From: Opitutales bacterium
GTDB lineage: Bacteria > Verrucomicrobiota > Verrucomicrobiia > Opitutales > JABSRG01
Assembly: GCA_049599475.1 (NCBI GenBank)
Contig: JBMYOQ010000001.1
Location: 64,001-128,000 of the forward strand
Reading direction: 5' to 3'
DNA length: 64,000 nucleotides
Below, one piece after another: positions 9,939 through 20,125 of the stretch (positions are counted from its first letter, which is position 1; the number at the start of each line of letters is the position of its first letter). The translations under genes were made by a program, and so were the position numbers. The notes below the pieces were generated by a model. The model had not been told where the DNA came from. It ran no database searches and was given only the letters and a program-made list of their open reading frames with translations.

Positions 9939-10991
9939 CTACTTCAAAAAATCAAGCGGCACCGTCGCCGCGTAGAAGGGATCGCCGCTGAGGCTTTCGA
10001 GAGATAGGGTGATGGTGGCCGGAGAGGCGTCCCAATTGATCTGGATAGCACCAAAATTCTCCTCGGGGCGGTTGAGGCCGAGGATGCGGTGTTCATTAGG
10101 CTCGTGGCCTGGGTAGGCGCGGCGATTGGGGCCGTTTAGAGAGCTGGATGTGATTTCGTAGAGTGGGTATTTGAGCCCCGTGGTAGCGGGAGGCACCTTT
10201 GAAATTTCTCCGTGATGGCGGTCTCCGGATACAAGAATGATGCCCTGGGCCTCACTCTTAGCGAGCGTATCGAATAGGCGCTGCCGCTCCAGTGGCAAGT
10301 TGCCCCAGTGCTCCCAGCCGTGTTGGATCGCAGCTACTTGGATACTACTCGCGATAATGCGGAGTTCCGCAGGCTTTTTAAGTGTTTCTTCGAGCCACTT
10401 CCATTGAGCCTCGCCGAGCATGGTCTTGTCCTTGGAAGCATCGGGCAAGTAGCGAAATTTCTTGGGGTGGTCTTTCGGAGCTTTCTTAAGCGGGCTGCGG
10501 AAGAAGCGGGTGTCTAGTAATATGACCTGGACACGTTTGCCTTCGGGACCGAGCGTATATTGCTGGTAAACGCCTGGGCGACTGCGGCTCGGGTGATCGG
10601 CGGGTATTTTCCAAAACTCTTCGAATATTGCCTCGCTGCGCTCTTTGTGCGGGTAGTCGGCGCCGCCATCGTTGATGCCGAAGTCGTGATCATCCCAGGT
10701 CGCTAGGATGCGCGCGCTGAGCTCGAGCTGTTGGAAACCGAAGGACTCGCCGAGCTTGGCGTATTCTGCCTCAAAACCGTCGATGGAGTCGGCTTTGTCC
10801 GCGTAAACATTATCTCCAACGAACAGCGCAAGGTCCGGTTTCTTCTCAAGCAGGGGCCTCCAGAATTCTTGGTGAGAGCTTTGGCGATAGCATGAGCCGA
10901 CAACGATGCTAGAGATCGTGGCTTCATTTCCGAAGCTCAAACTGGAGGTGAGAGCGGTGAGGGCGAGAGACAGGGTTACATTTTTGATCAT
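9939..10991 (-). CDS. phoD: PhoD-family alkaline phosphatase/phosphodiesterase
   Basis: Motifs GDNVYAD, TWDDHD, LDTRFFR, LGEAQWKWL, SGDRH; N-terminal signal peptide. Confidence 0.9.
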   Translation of the reverse strand: MIKNVTLSLALTALTSSLSFGNEATISSIVVGSCYRQSSHQEFWRPLLEKKPDLALFVGDNVYADKADSIDGFEAEYAKLGESFGFQQLELSARILATWDDHDFGINDGGADYPHKERSEAIFEEFWKIPADHPSRSRPGVYQQYTLGPEGKRVQVILLDTRFFRSPLKKAPKDHPKKFRYLPDASKDKTMLGEAQWKWLEETLKKPAELRIIASSIQVAAIQHGWEHWGNLPLERQRLFDTLAKSEAQGIILVSGDRHHGEISKVPPATTGLKYPLYEITSSSLNGPNRRAYPGHEPNEHRILGLNRPEENFGAIQINWDASPATITLSLESLSGDPFYAATVPLDFLK

Positions 10992-11156
10992 GATCGCGAG
11001 ACCTAGAGAAGAGTGCGTGAATCTAACTCTATGAATGCGAGCAAAGGAAAGGCCTGTTTTACGCCCTTAGGTAAAGATCACGCGTCGAAGTAAGAAACCT
11101 GTTACGAGCCTGCAAAATCCAAGACCCTGGCTTGTCATTCGCCCGAACGCGCGAGT

Positions 11157-11999
11157 CTAGAACTCGTTGCGTACCTTATCGACGGACTCCTTGATATCGT
11201 CCATCGCGTCCACAAAGTCTTCAGATTTCAAGCCTGAGATCTCCAAGACCGATTCAAAGTCGGAGATGGTGGTTGGGTCGATATCTTCGCCAAGTCTCCA
11301 TTGATCCATGAGATGGTTGGAGAAAAAGAGTAGGCTCGTCATTACGCGTTGGTCCGGCGTTTCGTCGGGATGGAGCTGGAATTTCACAGGGAGTATGACT
11401 TCCTGCGTGAATTTCCATGATTCTAAAAGTATTGCGCCCACCTCTGCGAAATGGAAACCGAGGATGCGTTTTTCAAATTCTGGGGTAATGGGATCCGCGT
11501 CTTCGTCTTCGTCGTAGAAGGATAGACCGGCCTCGAGTGTGCACTTGTTCACGATAATCTTCCCGATGCCGTGAAGGAGACCCACGGTGTAGGCAGTATC
11601 GTTGTTTACCCCAGCGCGTTTTGCGTAGGCGTCCATAGCAATTGCTCGACATATGCTTTGGTCCCACATCTCTCCGGCTTTCATGCGGTACACGGGAGCT
11701 GCGGCCCCGAACAGTTGCTTCGAAGCAACGAGGCCGACGAGTCGGTGGACTTCGCGGAACCCTAGTCGCTGCACCGCTTCCATGACATTTTCGCTGGGAA
11801 TAGCGCAGCCGTAATAGCTGCTATTGCTCAGGCGAACGATTTGAGCAGCCAGGGTGGCATCCATACGAATGAGCTTCACCAGGTCCGACAAATCTGCATT
11901 CGGGTCCTGCATGCAGCTTTGGATTTTGCAAAGAATCTGTGGCGTCGGAGGCATTTCCTCCGCGTGAACTAGGATTTTTGGTCTGTCGATTACCGCCAT
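11157..11999 (-). CDS. HDOD-domain signal protein
   Basis: DATLAAQIVRLSNSSYY, AVQRLG, GLLHGIGK, LLESWKF. Confidence 0.88.
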   Translation of the reverse strand: MAVIDRPKILVHAEEMPPTPQILCKIQSCMQDPNADLSDLVKLIRMDATLAAQIVRLSNSSYYGCAIPSENVMEAVQRLGFREVHRLVGLVASKQLFGAAAPVYRMKAGEMWDQSICRAIAMDAYAKRAGVNNDTAYTVGLLHGIGKIIVNKCTLEAGLSFYDEDEDADPITPEFEKRILGFHFAEVGAILLESWKFTQEVILPVKFQLHPDETPDQRVMTSLLFFSNHLMDQWRLGEDIDPTTISDFESVLEISGLKSEDFVDAMDDIKESVDKVRNEF

Positions 12000-12131
12000 A
12001 TTCAATAAAGATCGGAAAATACGCCCCTTGCCTTGAATGTATTTCCGCTTCTATTGACAATAAGTCTGTATTGCCGACACATAATATCCAAACGCCCCAA
12101 TCCGCGATGATGGGGAGCCTGCCCGTACCGA

Positions 12132-15100
12132 ATGTCTTCCAAACTTAGAATTGGTCTCATAGACCCTCTGATTAACGAAAGTAATGTCCTATTTAGCCTT
12201 GGGGCTCGTTTGGCATGCTTGGAAGTCGGAGCAGACTTTGCTATACACTCGGACTTATCGGTTTTGAATAGCCAAACGGTATCGGGGATCATCCTGAACA
12301 ATGTGGGTGGCGGCTTAGAGCAGGAAGCTCGGCAGTTTTTGGGGCCAAAGTTTCCAATGGTCGCGATTTCCGAGGAGCCCACACGGTGTCCGCGTGTAAG
12401 TTGGAGCTATGTAGATGCCTTCAAAGCGGCTCTTGAGCACCTCCTGGATCAGGGACATAGCAAGCTTATCTACGTCAGTTTTCATGAGGGCTCTCATGAT
12501 GAGTTCACGAAGCGTTTGGATGCGCTGAATAAAGCAGCCGATTATCTTTCCAAACGCCGCTTCGAGATCATTAGAATTACCGACTTTGCCAGTGCTGATG
12601 AGGTTCGCCGGCGTCTCGCGGATTATCTAGAAGAAAATCCGGATATGACGGCGATCATCTCCGGAGTAGACAATTTCGGTCTCACGCTGCGTACTTCCGT
12701 TGAACTTCTCGGAAAGCGGATACCTGAAGATATCGCGGTGGTCGATTTTGATACGCAGCACGGAGCACTCAGTGAATACTCCCAGGGCGGTTTCTCGGCG
12801 ATTCTCTTGCCATTTTACCAAGTCGGTTACCGGGCCGCTCGGCGGCTGCTGCGCCAGCTATCGGGCCCTGTGGCAATCGCACCTCCCGAGCAAGTGCCAT
12901 CCAGTTTTGTCGTGCGCAAGACCTCGGAGCGCAAACCGCGACCGATCGAAAAGGTCTGGGAAAACTCAGATGACAGCGTCGGGCAGCTCGAGCGAGAATT
13001 GGGTGACGTCTTTTTTGCGCACAATCAGATTCGTTCCGGATTAGCCCGAAATCTCGCCGAACAGTTGATGAAGCGGGTCGAAAAGAGTGAGTCGCTTCGG
13101 AGGCACTTTTTTGAAATGACTCTCGATGCCATTGAGCTCGGGATAAATCCTTTTTTCGCCCATGCTCAGGCAATCCAATTGAATAGCGTGGAGCGCCGGA
13201 TCGATTCCGAAATCCCTGTCGAACAACGGGTGCGAGATGTTCTCGCAGCGGTCAGGAATGCCCAGGTAAAACACGGATTTACGGCGGAGCACTATCATGT
13301 CTTTGAGCGTCAGAGGCTCTGGGAGGCGCGCGAACAAGCGCAGCGCATGGCTAGGGAAAATCCCAGCGTGACCAGTTTCCTGGAAGTGATGGCGGAAGGT
13401 GCACTGCACTTGGGTGCGATGGTTCACTCAGTCATTCTGTTTGACTACACCCAGCCGACTCCCTCGGGAGAGCCGCAACTACAGGTCTGGAAATACCAAG
13501 AAAAGGGGTGGCGGAAATCGATCCCTGCGGAAAATCTGTTGGTGATTACCGATCTATTGCCTGAGACGGGTAAGCGGTCCGCGACGGTGCTTCTCGATCT
13601 AAAGTCGCCGCAAGGGGTGATGTGCACGGCCTCGATAGATTTCGACTGCGTGACCCCTCAGAGTATTGCTCCCTTCATTGAGACGGTTGAGCCAATCCTC
13701 CAGCAGGCAATGTTTGCGGAGAGTCTCAAGCGGACCGAGGAGGCCCTCGAACTCGAGAAAGGGGAGGCGCGCGCGGCGGCGGCGTCGAAGAATGAATTCT
13801 TAACGAACGTCTCTCACGAAATCCGGACACCGATGAATGGCATTATCGGTATTGCGGATCTTGTTTTAGAAACGGATCTGACGGCTCAGCAGCGAGAATA
13901 CTTATCGATGATTCGGGACTCCGGCATGGCCCTTTTGACAATCGTGAACGATATTCTCGACTTTTCAAAAATCGGCAACAACTCAGCCCTGATCTTACAA
14001 GAGTCCCCCTTTGAGCTGCGTAAGAGTATTGAGGATACTGTGAAGACTCTGGGTGTGCGGGCGCGTGAGAAATCTATCGATTTGTCGTGCGTTGTGGATA
14101 CAAATGTGCCGGATGTTTTGGTCGGTGACGTAGGTCGCTTGAGGCAGGTCTTCATTAACTTGATCGGGAATGCTATCAAATTCACCGATGAAGGTGAGGT
14201 ACATGCGCGTGTGCAGTTTACAGAAGAGGAGGGGGAGTCTGTCACACTTACCTTCTCTGTGAAAGACACCGGAATTGGTATTCCTAAGGACCGTCAGGCT
14301 AAGGTTTTTGATTCGTTTCAACAGGTCGATGGTACGACTTCGCGTCTATATGGCGGAACTGGGCTTGGCCTGAGTATTTCTACAGAGCTTGTCCGCAAGA
14401 TGAATGGGCGCATCTGGTTGGACAGTGTTTACGGACAGGGGTCCACATTTTATTTCTCGGCTTTGTTCAAAAAGTCCAAAGACGCAGAGACTCTGTTAAA
14501 TCCGATTGACCTCAGCGCGCTCAAGAACAAGCGGGCGCTCGTTGCGGTGGATAACAATTATCATCGCGAGTTTATTCGAAATTGTTTCGAGGAATGGGAA
14601 GTCGAAGGAGTGTTTGTTCGAGCGGGCAATCTTGTTTTGTCTCAGCATGAATATTACAATGATCGCGGTAAGCCATTTCAGCTGACTATTTTGGATGTCG
14701 CGCTTTTGGATTCGAATAAGAACGATTATCTTGAGGGGATATTGAAAGGAAGTGCGATTTCTCAGCAGGTTGTGTTGCTGCTTCCTGTGGGCTCGTCTCC
14801 GGTCGAAGCTGAACGGTTCGCTAGGCTCGGGGCGAATCAAGTATTGAGCCGCCCCCTCACGCACAACGAATTGTCGCAAAGCTGCATGGAAATCATTCAG
14901 GGAGGAGTTGGTGTTAGAACTTCTTCGAACACGCGCTCAGCTCTTGGGAGCCAAATCGAGGCGCTGAAGACGCGGTCGATGCGTGTACTGCTTGTGGATG
15001 ATAATGAGATTAACCGGAGAGTCGCGGTCGGCATATTGAACAAGCGCCAACACCAGGTTGAAGTCGCGGTGAATGGTATTGAGGCTGTGAAGTGTTTTAG

Positions 15101-15776
15101 GCAGGGGCGTTATGATGTCATACTCATGGACATACAAATGCCGAAGATGGATGGTCTTGAAGCGACGCGTATTATCCGTGATGCCGAAAAGGAAGTCTCT
15201 GTGCGTACGCCGATAATCGCGATGACCGCCCACGCGATGAATGAGAGCCGTGTGGAGTGTCTTGAAGCGGGTATGGATGATTTCATATCCAAGCCTCTCG
15301 ATCGAAAACTGTTTATCCAAATGGTCGAGTCTTATTCGGCGTCGAATAAAGAGGAAAAGGCCGCGACCACACCACCTATTGAAGTTGTCATTGAGGATGG
15401 GTCATCTGCCAAGCCGGTGCTTAAGTATTTTGATGAGAGCGTCTTCTACGAACAAATCGGTGATGACGTTGAATTAATGGAGAATATTATCGATCTCTAT
15501 TGTCAGACCTACGGCGGTATCGTTGACGATTTATACCGGAATATACAGGACAACGACGGGAAAGGAGTGCATCGCACCTGTCACTCCGTTCGTAATAGTC
15601 TTGGCCCGTTTGGAGCAATGCCAGTGCTTGATACTATGAAGCGGTTACTGGATGTTGTGGACATCGATGCGAATTACATCAAAGCCAAGCAGATTGCTCA
15701 CGATATGGAGAACGACTTAATTGCTCTGGGTAAAGAACTGGAGGCCTTCAGAGAGACGCTCAAAGAAACGACGTGA
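12132..15776 (+). CDS. Hybrid histidine kinase (LacI-type ligand-binding domain, HisKA, HATPase, REC, REC, Hpt)
   Basis: H-box SHEIRTPMNG, N-box NLIGNAIKFT, G-boxes DTGIG and GGTGLGL, REC LMDIQMP, Hpt CHSVRNS; N-terminal RIPEDIAVVDFD. Confidence 0.92.
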   Translation: MSSKLRIGLIDPLINESNVLFSLGARLACLEVGADFAIHSDLSVLNSQTVSGIILNNVGGGLEQEARQFLGPKFPMVAISEEPTRCPRVSWSYVDAFKAALEHLLDQGHSKLIYVSFHEGSHDEFTKRLDALNKAADYLSKRRFEIIRITDFASADEVRRRLADYLEENPDMTAIISGVDNFGLTLRTSVELLGKRIPEDIAVVDFDTQHGALSEYSQGGFSAILLPFYQVGYRAARRLLRQLSGPVAIAPPEQVPSSFVVRKTSERKPRPIEKVWENSDDSVGQLERELGDVFFAHNQIRSGLARNLAEQLMKRVEKSESLRRHFFEMTLDAIELGINPFFAHAQAIQLNSVERRIDSEIPVEQRVRDVLAAVRNAQVKHGFTAEHYHVFERQRLWEAREQAQRMARENPSVTSFLEVMAEGALHLGAMVHSVILFDYTQPTPSGEPQLQVWKYQEKGWRKSIPAENLLVITDLLPETGKRSATVLLDLKSPQGVMCTASIDFDCVTPQSIAPFIETVEPILQQAMFAESLKRTEEALELEKGEARAAAASKNEFLTNVSHEIRTPMNGIIGIADLVLETDLTAQQREYLSMIRDSGMALLTIVNDILDFSKIGNNSALILQESPFELRKSIEDTVKTLGVRAREKSIDLSCVVDTNVPDVLVGDVGRLRQVFINLIGNAIKFTDEGEVHARVQFTEEEGESVTLTFSVKDTGIGIPKDRQAKVFDSFQQVDGTTSRLYGGTGLGLSISTELVRKMNGRIWLDSVYGQGSTFYFSALFKKSKDAETLLNPIDLSALKNKRALVAVDNNYHREFIRNCFEEWEVEGVFVRAGNLVLSQHEYYNDRGKPFQLTILDVALLDSNKNDYLEGILKGSAISQQVVLLLPVGSSPVEAERFARLGANQVLSRPLTHNELSQSCMEIIQGGVGVRTSSNTRSALGSQIEALKTRSMRVLLVDDNEINRRVAVGILNKRQHQVEVAVNGIEAVKCFRQGRYDVILMDIQMPKMDGLEATRIIRDAEKEVSVRTPIIAMTAHAMNESRVECLEAGMDDFISKPLDRKLFIQMVESYSASNKEEKAATTPPIEVVIEDGSSAKPVLKYFDESVFYEQIGDDVELMENIIDLYCQTYGGIVDDLYRNIQDNDGKGVHRTCHSVRNSLGPFGAMPVLDTMKRLLDVVDIDANYIKAKQIAHDMENDLIALGKELEAFRETLKETT

Positions 15777-15804
15777 TGGGTCGCAGATTTTTTGGAAACG
15801 GCTT

Positions 15805-16839
15805 TTAGGAAAAATCGCCTTCTTCGACCGGGGTATTTATAGAAATGGCCCGGGTAGTGCGTTTGCCGATAACATCATTTAGGTATTTGGGCGGGAGGCC
15901 GTTTGCGGGGCGCACGCTCTGGATGTCTTCGCGTTGTATGATATCGCCCGGGGACAATTCGCGCACCCAGTAGAGTGAACGACGGAAAGTCCGATTCTCG
16001 ATTTCCCGTGGACTGCTTATCCAAGCCGCTTCACCCAGAGAGGCTTCGGTTTCCCTGATCCGTTCTACCATCCGTTTAAACTCGGCTGGCTCCATCGAGA
16101 ACGCGGCATCCGGGCCACCGTCCGATCGAGAAAGCGTGAAGTGTTTTTCGACAATTTGGGCTCCCAGAGCCACTGCAGCGATGGCTACGGTGTCCCCTAA
16201 GGTATGATCTGATAAACCGACTCGTAGTTTAAATTTTGATGCAATCAGGTCTATCGACCGCAGATTCATCTCTGCTGCCTTGGCGGGATATGCGCTGGTA
16301 CATTTTAATAGGGAAATATCGGTGGCTCCAGCCTCTTTGGCCCAGGTGACGGCTTCTTCTATTTCCTCTAGGGAGGCCATTCCTGTAGACATGATCAAAG
16401 GCTTACCGGTCGCCGCGCAGAGCTGAATGAGCTCCTTGTCAATGATCTCGGGTGAGGCGATCTTGTATCCAGGGGTATTCAAGTTTTCGAGGAACTCAAC
16501 GGAGCTGGGATCAAAGGGACTTGAAAAGAGAGGCCTGCCGCGAGCTTCAGAGGCCTGCATCATACGCTCCTGCCATTCCCAAGGTGTATATGCTTCCTGA
16601 TACAAATCGTGAAGCGTCCGGCCTTGCCACAGCGACTCTTGGGCAATCCGAAATTCTGGGCGATCCGATTTAAGAGTCAGTGTGTCAGCAGTGTAAGTCT
16701 GAATCTTCACGGCATCTGCACCGGAATCGATGGCTGCATTCACCAGCTCGATTGCTCGGTTTTCGTCCTGATTGTGATTGGCGGAGATCTCAGCGATCAC
16801 ACACACACGGCCAGAATCTAGGGGAATCGGTAGGCTCAT
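15805..16839 (-). CDS. pseI: Pseudaminic acid synthase
   Basis: IAEISANHN, KIQTYTADT, LSDHT, EKHFTL; C-terminal SAF/AFP-like domain. Confidence 0.92.
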   Translation of the reverse strand: MSLPIPLDSGRVCVIAEISANHNQDENRAIELVNAAIDSGADAVKIQTYTADTLTLKSDRPEFRIAQESLWQGRTLHDLYQEAYTPWEWQERMMQASEARGRPLFSSPFDPSSVEFLENLNTPGYKIASPEIIDKELIQLCAATGKPLIMSTGMASLEEIEEAVTWAKEAGATDISLLKCTSAYPAKAAEMNLRSIDLIASKFKLRVGLSDHTLGDTVAIAAVALGAQIVEKHFTLSRSDGGPDAAFSMEPAEFKRMVERIRETEASLGEAAWISSPREIENRTFRRSLYWVRELSPGDIIQREDIQSVRPANGLPPKYLNDVIGKRTTRAISINTPVEEGDFS

Positions 16840-17903
16840 GATTGGGCGGAGTTGCTGGCGTTACCCATGTTTTGCATTTCAGAAATAATACGCGAGATGC
16901 CTTTTCCATCTACGGCATTCAGACTGCGCTGAGAAATGGCTAGGAGCTTGTCGGAATCTTGAGCCCAGGACTCAATGAAAGTAGAGAATGCACCTGTTTC
17001 AAACTCCTCGATGGGTCCAAAGTAAGCGCACGCCTTGTAGTGCCTGGCGTAGGCCATGGCATTTCGGGTCTGGTTTTGCACTAAACTAATAGCGATGGTG
17101 GGGACGCCCTGTTGGAGCAGTTCCTGCAGAGTCGTTCCCGCGCCGGAGATCGCGATGTCGGCCCAACCCATGTGACCGACAATGTCATTTACATGTTCGA
17201 ATACCTCGATGTGGTGGTCGGTCTCCTGGGATGCGAGCTCCTTGAGGGTCTCTAAGTTTGGATTAAGCGATCCTGCTATCACCCTTACATTGAAGGCCCA
17301 AGGCACGGTGGATGAAAGAATGCTTTTTAGGATCAAGACGGAAGCGCAATGGGGATCGGCTCCTCCGGTCGTGATTAGCAGATTTTCTGGAGGCAATTTT
17401 ATCTCTTTGCTACGGATATCACTGATGCGAAACTCTTGCCTTAGGATGGCATACTCGGGGCCGAGGAGAAGCTTGCACGTGTCCTTCCGGCTGGAATACA
17501 TCGTCTCGGACGCATTTGCGTTTTGGTTAATTAATAGGTCGGAGACGTTTTGTTGGCAGTGGCCGTAATCGTCGATTGAAGCCAATTTGAATCCGCCCTC
17601 GCTTAAAATGCGTTGATAGGTATCTCCAAAGTGGTGGCCATCCACTATAACCCAATCGACAATTTTGTCTGATGCATAGTCTCTAAGAACCTTGGCATCG
17701 TCGATAAAACCAGGGATTTTTTCGATGTGCTGGATTTGGATGTCTAGATGCCTCCAGCGTTGTAACAGTTTTTCATTACACTCAGAGTATAAAAAATGCA
17801 GTTCGAAGTCCGCAGCTGTCATTGACTCGGCTAGGGCGAGTGTGCGCATGACGTGACCCGTTCCAATGTGTTCATTGGCGTCTGCTCGTATCGCGATCTT
17901 CAT
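16836..17903 (-). CDS. pseG: UDP-2,4-diacetamido-2,4,6-trideoxy-beta-L-altropyranose hydrolase
   Basis: IRADA...IGTGHVMRTLALA, LLGPEYAILR, GGAD, VDGKG; ATG 17903 overlaps the pseC stop. Confidence 0.88.
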   Translation of the reverse strand: MKIAIRADANEHIGTGHVMRTLALAESMTAADFELHFLYSECNEKLLQRWRHLDIQIQHIEKIPGFIDDAKVLRDYASDKIVDWVIVDGHHFGDTYQRILSEGGFKLASIDDYGHCQQNVSDLLINQNANASETMYSSRKDTCKLLLGPEYAILRQEFRISDIRSKEIKLPPENLLITTGGADPHCASVLILKSILSSTVPWAFNVRVIAGSLNPNLETLKELASQETDHHIEVFEHVNDIVGHMGWADIAISGAGTTLQELLQQGVPTIAISLVQNQTRNAMAYARHYKACAYFGPIEEFETGAFSTFIESWAQDSDKLLAISQRSLNAVDGKGISRIISEMQNMGNASNSAQS

Positions 17904-19075
17904 ATGCGTGTATCTAATGATTTTCGCGCCGTCGAGTTGAGGCAATCTACGGAATAGTGGAGCTCCTCCTTGGTAAGGCCAGGGTGGCAGGGAATTGAAA
18001 TTGCACGTCGAGCCCAGGAGTCTGCGCCAGGGAAACTGCTGTTATCACTAAATGGTTTAAAAATGGGGTGCCGGTTGAGCGGTATGTAGTGTTGGTTTAC
18101 GTACAGACCTTGGGCGCGTAGGGCTTCGAATATAGATTTGTAGGTCTCCTCGGAGGTGTTAGGAGGAAGCTGGGCCACACAGAGGTGCCAGGAACTCTTG
18201 CAGTCTTGATGTTCGGAAACCAGAGACCAAAGGCTGGGGTCGAGCTTTGCTGTGTAGTATTGATGGATCTCTCGACGTTTATCGACGAAGCTGTCTAGGC
18301 GCTTCAGTTGATTGAGGCCCAGAGCTGCGTGGATGTCGGACAAGCGGTAGTTGTAGCCGAGCTCCTGGACTTCATAATACCAGGGGCCCATATGGGTGGT
18401 GTCATTCTTCCATTCTGCTGGGTCCCGAGAGATTCCGTGTTCGCGGAACTTTCGGGCGTAGGTGGCGAGGTCCGCATTGTTCGTGACGAGCAGGCCGCCT
18501 TCCCCAGATGTGATCATCTTTACTGGATGAAGGCTAAACACCGCGGCAGTAGAGTATCGGCAATTTCCGACAGGCTCCGATCGGTATTGTGCTCCAAGTG
18601 CGTGGGATGCATCCTCAAGGATGGAAAAACCATACTGCTCGGATAGGCCCTTCAACGCGTGCATATCGGGACAAGCTCCAGCTAGGTGTACCGGGATAAC
18701 TATCTTAGGTGGGCCTTGTTTCTTGCAAAGCTCGTCGAGTGCCTTGAGGTCCATTAGGCCGGTGTCTGGGTCTACATCGCAGAAACGTACCGAGGCTCCG
18801 CAATGGAGGCCGCAACTGGCTGAGGCGGCGAAGGTCACACAGGATGTTGCAAACCAATCGTCCTTACCCAGTCTTAACCCCATGCAGGCTGCGTGTAGTG
18901 CGGTACTCGCATTGGAAAAGGCGACGGCATGGTCGACCTGGCAATAGGCCGCAATGGCTTCTTCGAAATTCTTAACGGTAGGCCCCTGGGTCAACCAGTC
19001 GGAACGAAGAACGTGACTGACTGCCTCGATATCGCTCTCGTCTATAGACTGGCGACTGTAGGGGATCCGCATCAT
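17900..19075 (-). CDS. pseC: UDP-4-amino-4,6-dideoxy-N-acetyl-beta-L-altrosamine transaminase (DegT family)
   Basis: IPYSRQSI..LTQGP, EDASHALG, SLHPVKMITSGEGG, LGYNYRL; ATG 19075 overlaps the pseB stop. Confidence 0.92.
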   Translation of the reverse strand: MMRIPYSRQSIDESDIEAVSHVLRSDWLTQGPTVKNFEEAIAAYCQVDHAVAFSNASTALHAACMGLRLGKDDWFATSCVTFAASASCGLHCGASVRFCDVDPDTGLMDLKALDELCKKQGPPKIVIPVHLAGACPDMHALKGLSEQYGFSILEDASHALGAQYRSEPVGNCRYSTAAVFSLHPVKMITSGEGGLLVTNNADLATYARKFREHGISRDPAEWKNDTTHMGPWYYEVQELGYNYRLSDIHAALGLNQLKRLDSFVDKRREIHQYYTAKLDPSLWSLVSEHQDCKSSWHLCVAQLPPNTSEETYKSIFEALRAQGLYVNQHYIPLNRHPIFKPFSDNSSFPGADSWARRAISIPCHPGLTKEELHYSVDCLNSTARKSLDTRI

Positions 19076-20070
19076 GGACAACCGTTTGAGACGAGATCGC
19101 GAATCTCTTCAATCCCTAAAAAGTGTGGATTAGCATCAGAGCTATACTCGAAATCGTAGTCGCATTCGGTTCCGATCTCACCCAGTGCGTTCTCCGCAAA
19201 GGTGGGTTCGTGATTGAGGGCGATAGTCGGTTGGATCACATAATGGGTGTCGAACTCTAGGGTGCGGTGCGCGATATCCCGTGGGCACATCAGCTCATGG
19301 AGTTTTTCGCCCGGACGTATCCCGATGTTTTTGATGGGAATGTCGGGAGCCATCGCTTTGGCCAAGTCGACAATCTTTACGCTAGGAATTTTCGGGACGA
19401 AAATTTCGCCACCGAACATCCGCTTCATCGACTCGACTACGAAATCGATACCCTGGTCTAAGGTGATCCAGAAGCGCGTCATGCGCTCGTCAGTGATCGG
19501 GATGTGGTCTGTTTTCTCCTCGATGAGCTTCTTAAAGAAAGGGACGACGGATCCGCGGGAACCCATGACATTCCCATAGCGCACTACGGAAAAACGGGTG
19601 CGATGATTGCCAGCAAAGTTGTTAGCAGCGACGAAGAGTTTGTCGCTCGCAAGTTTGGTCGCGCCGTAAAGGTTAATGGGATTTGCGGCCTTATCGGTGG
19701 AAAGGGCAATGACGCGCTCTACATCGTTTGCCAGGGCTGCGCGGATTACGTTTTCTGCACCATGGATGTTCGTCTTGATACATTCCATCGGATTATACTC
19801 CGCGGCAGGGACTTGTTTCATCGCCGCAGCATGGATCACAATATCCACATTGCGGGTGGCTTCCTTCATTCTTTGAGGGTCGCGCACGTCGCCAATGAAG
19901 TAGCGCATGATTTTGCCATCGATGTGCTGTGCCATTTCGAACTGCTTCAACTCGTCTCGACTGAAGATGACTACGCGTCGCGGCGAGTACTTCGAAAGCA
20001 AGGTCCGTGTGAACCGCTGGCCAAAGGACCCGGTTCCTCCGGTAATGAGGATTGATTTACCGTCAAACAC
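19072..20070 (-). CDS. pseB: UDP-N-acetylglucosamine 4,6-dehydratase (inverting)
   Basis: ITGGTGSFG, SRDELKQ, KQVPAAEYNP, STDKAANPINLYGATK; GTG start at 20070 avoids overlap with surE. Confidence 0.95.
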   Translation of the reverse strand: MFDGKSILITGGTGSFGQRFTRTLLSKYSPRRVVIFSRDELKQFEMAQHIDGKIMRYFIGDVRDPQRMKEATRNVDIVIHAAAMKQVPAAEYNPMECIKTNIHGAENVIRAALANDVERVIALSTDKAANPINLYGATKLASDKLFVAANNFAGNHRTRFSVVRYGNVMGSRGSVVPFFKKLIEEKTDHIPITDERMTRFWITLDQGIDFVVESMKRMFGGEIFVPKIPSVKIVDLAKAMAPDIPIKNIGIRPGEKLHELMCPRDIAHRTLEFDTHYVIQPTIALNHEPTFAENALGEIGTECDYDFEYSSDANPHFLGIEEIRDLVSNGCP

Positions 20071-20125
20071 TGTGAACCTGGATTGAAGATTGAGTTTCGG
20101 GTCTAGCCTTGAATGCTGCCATGGA

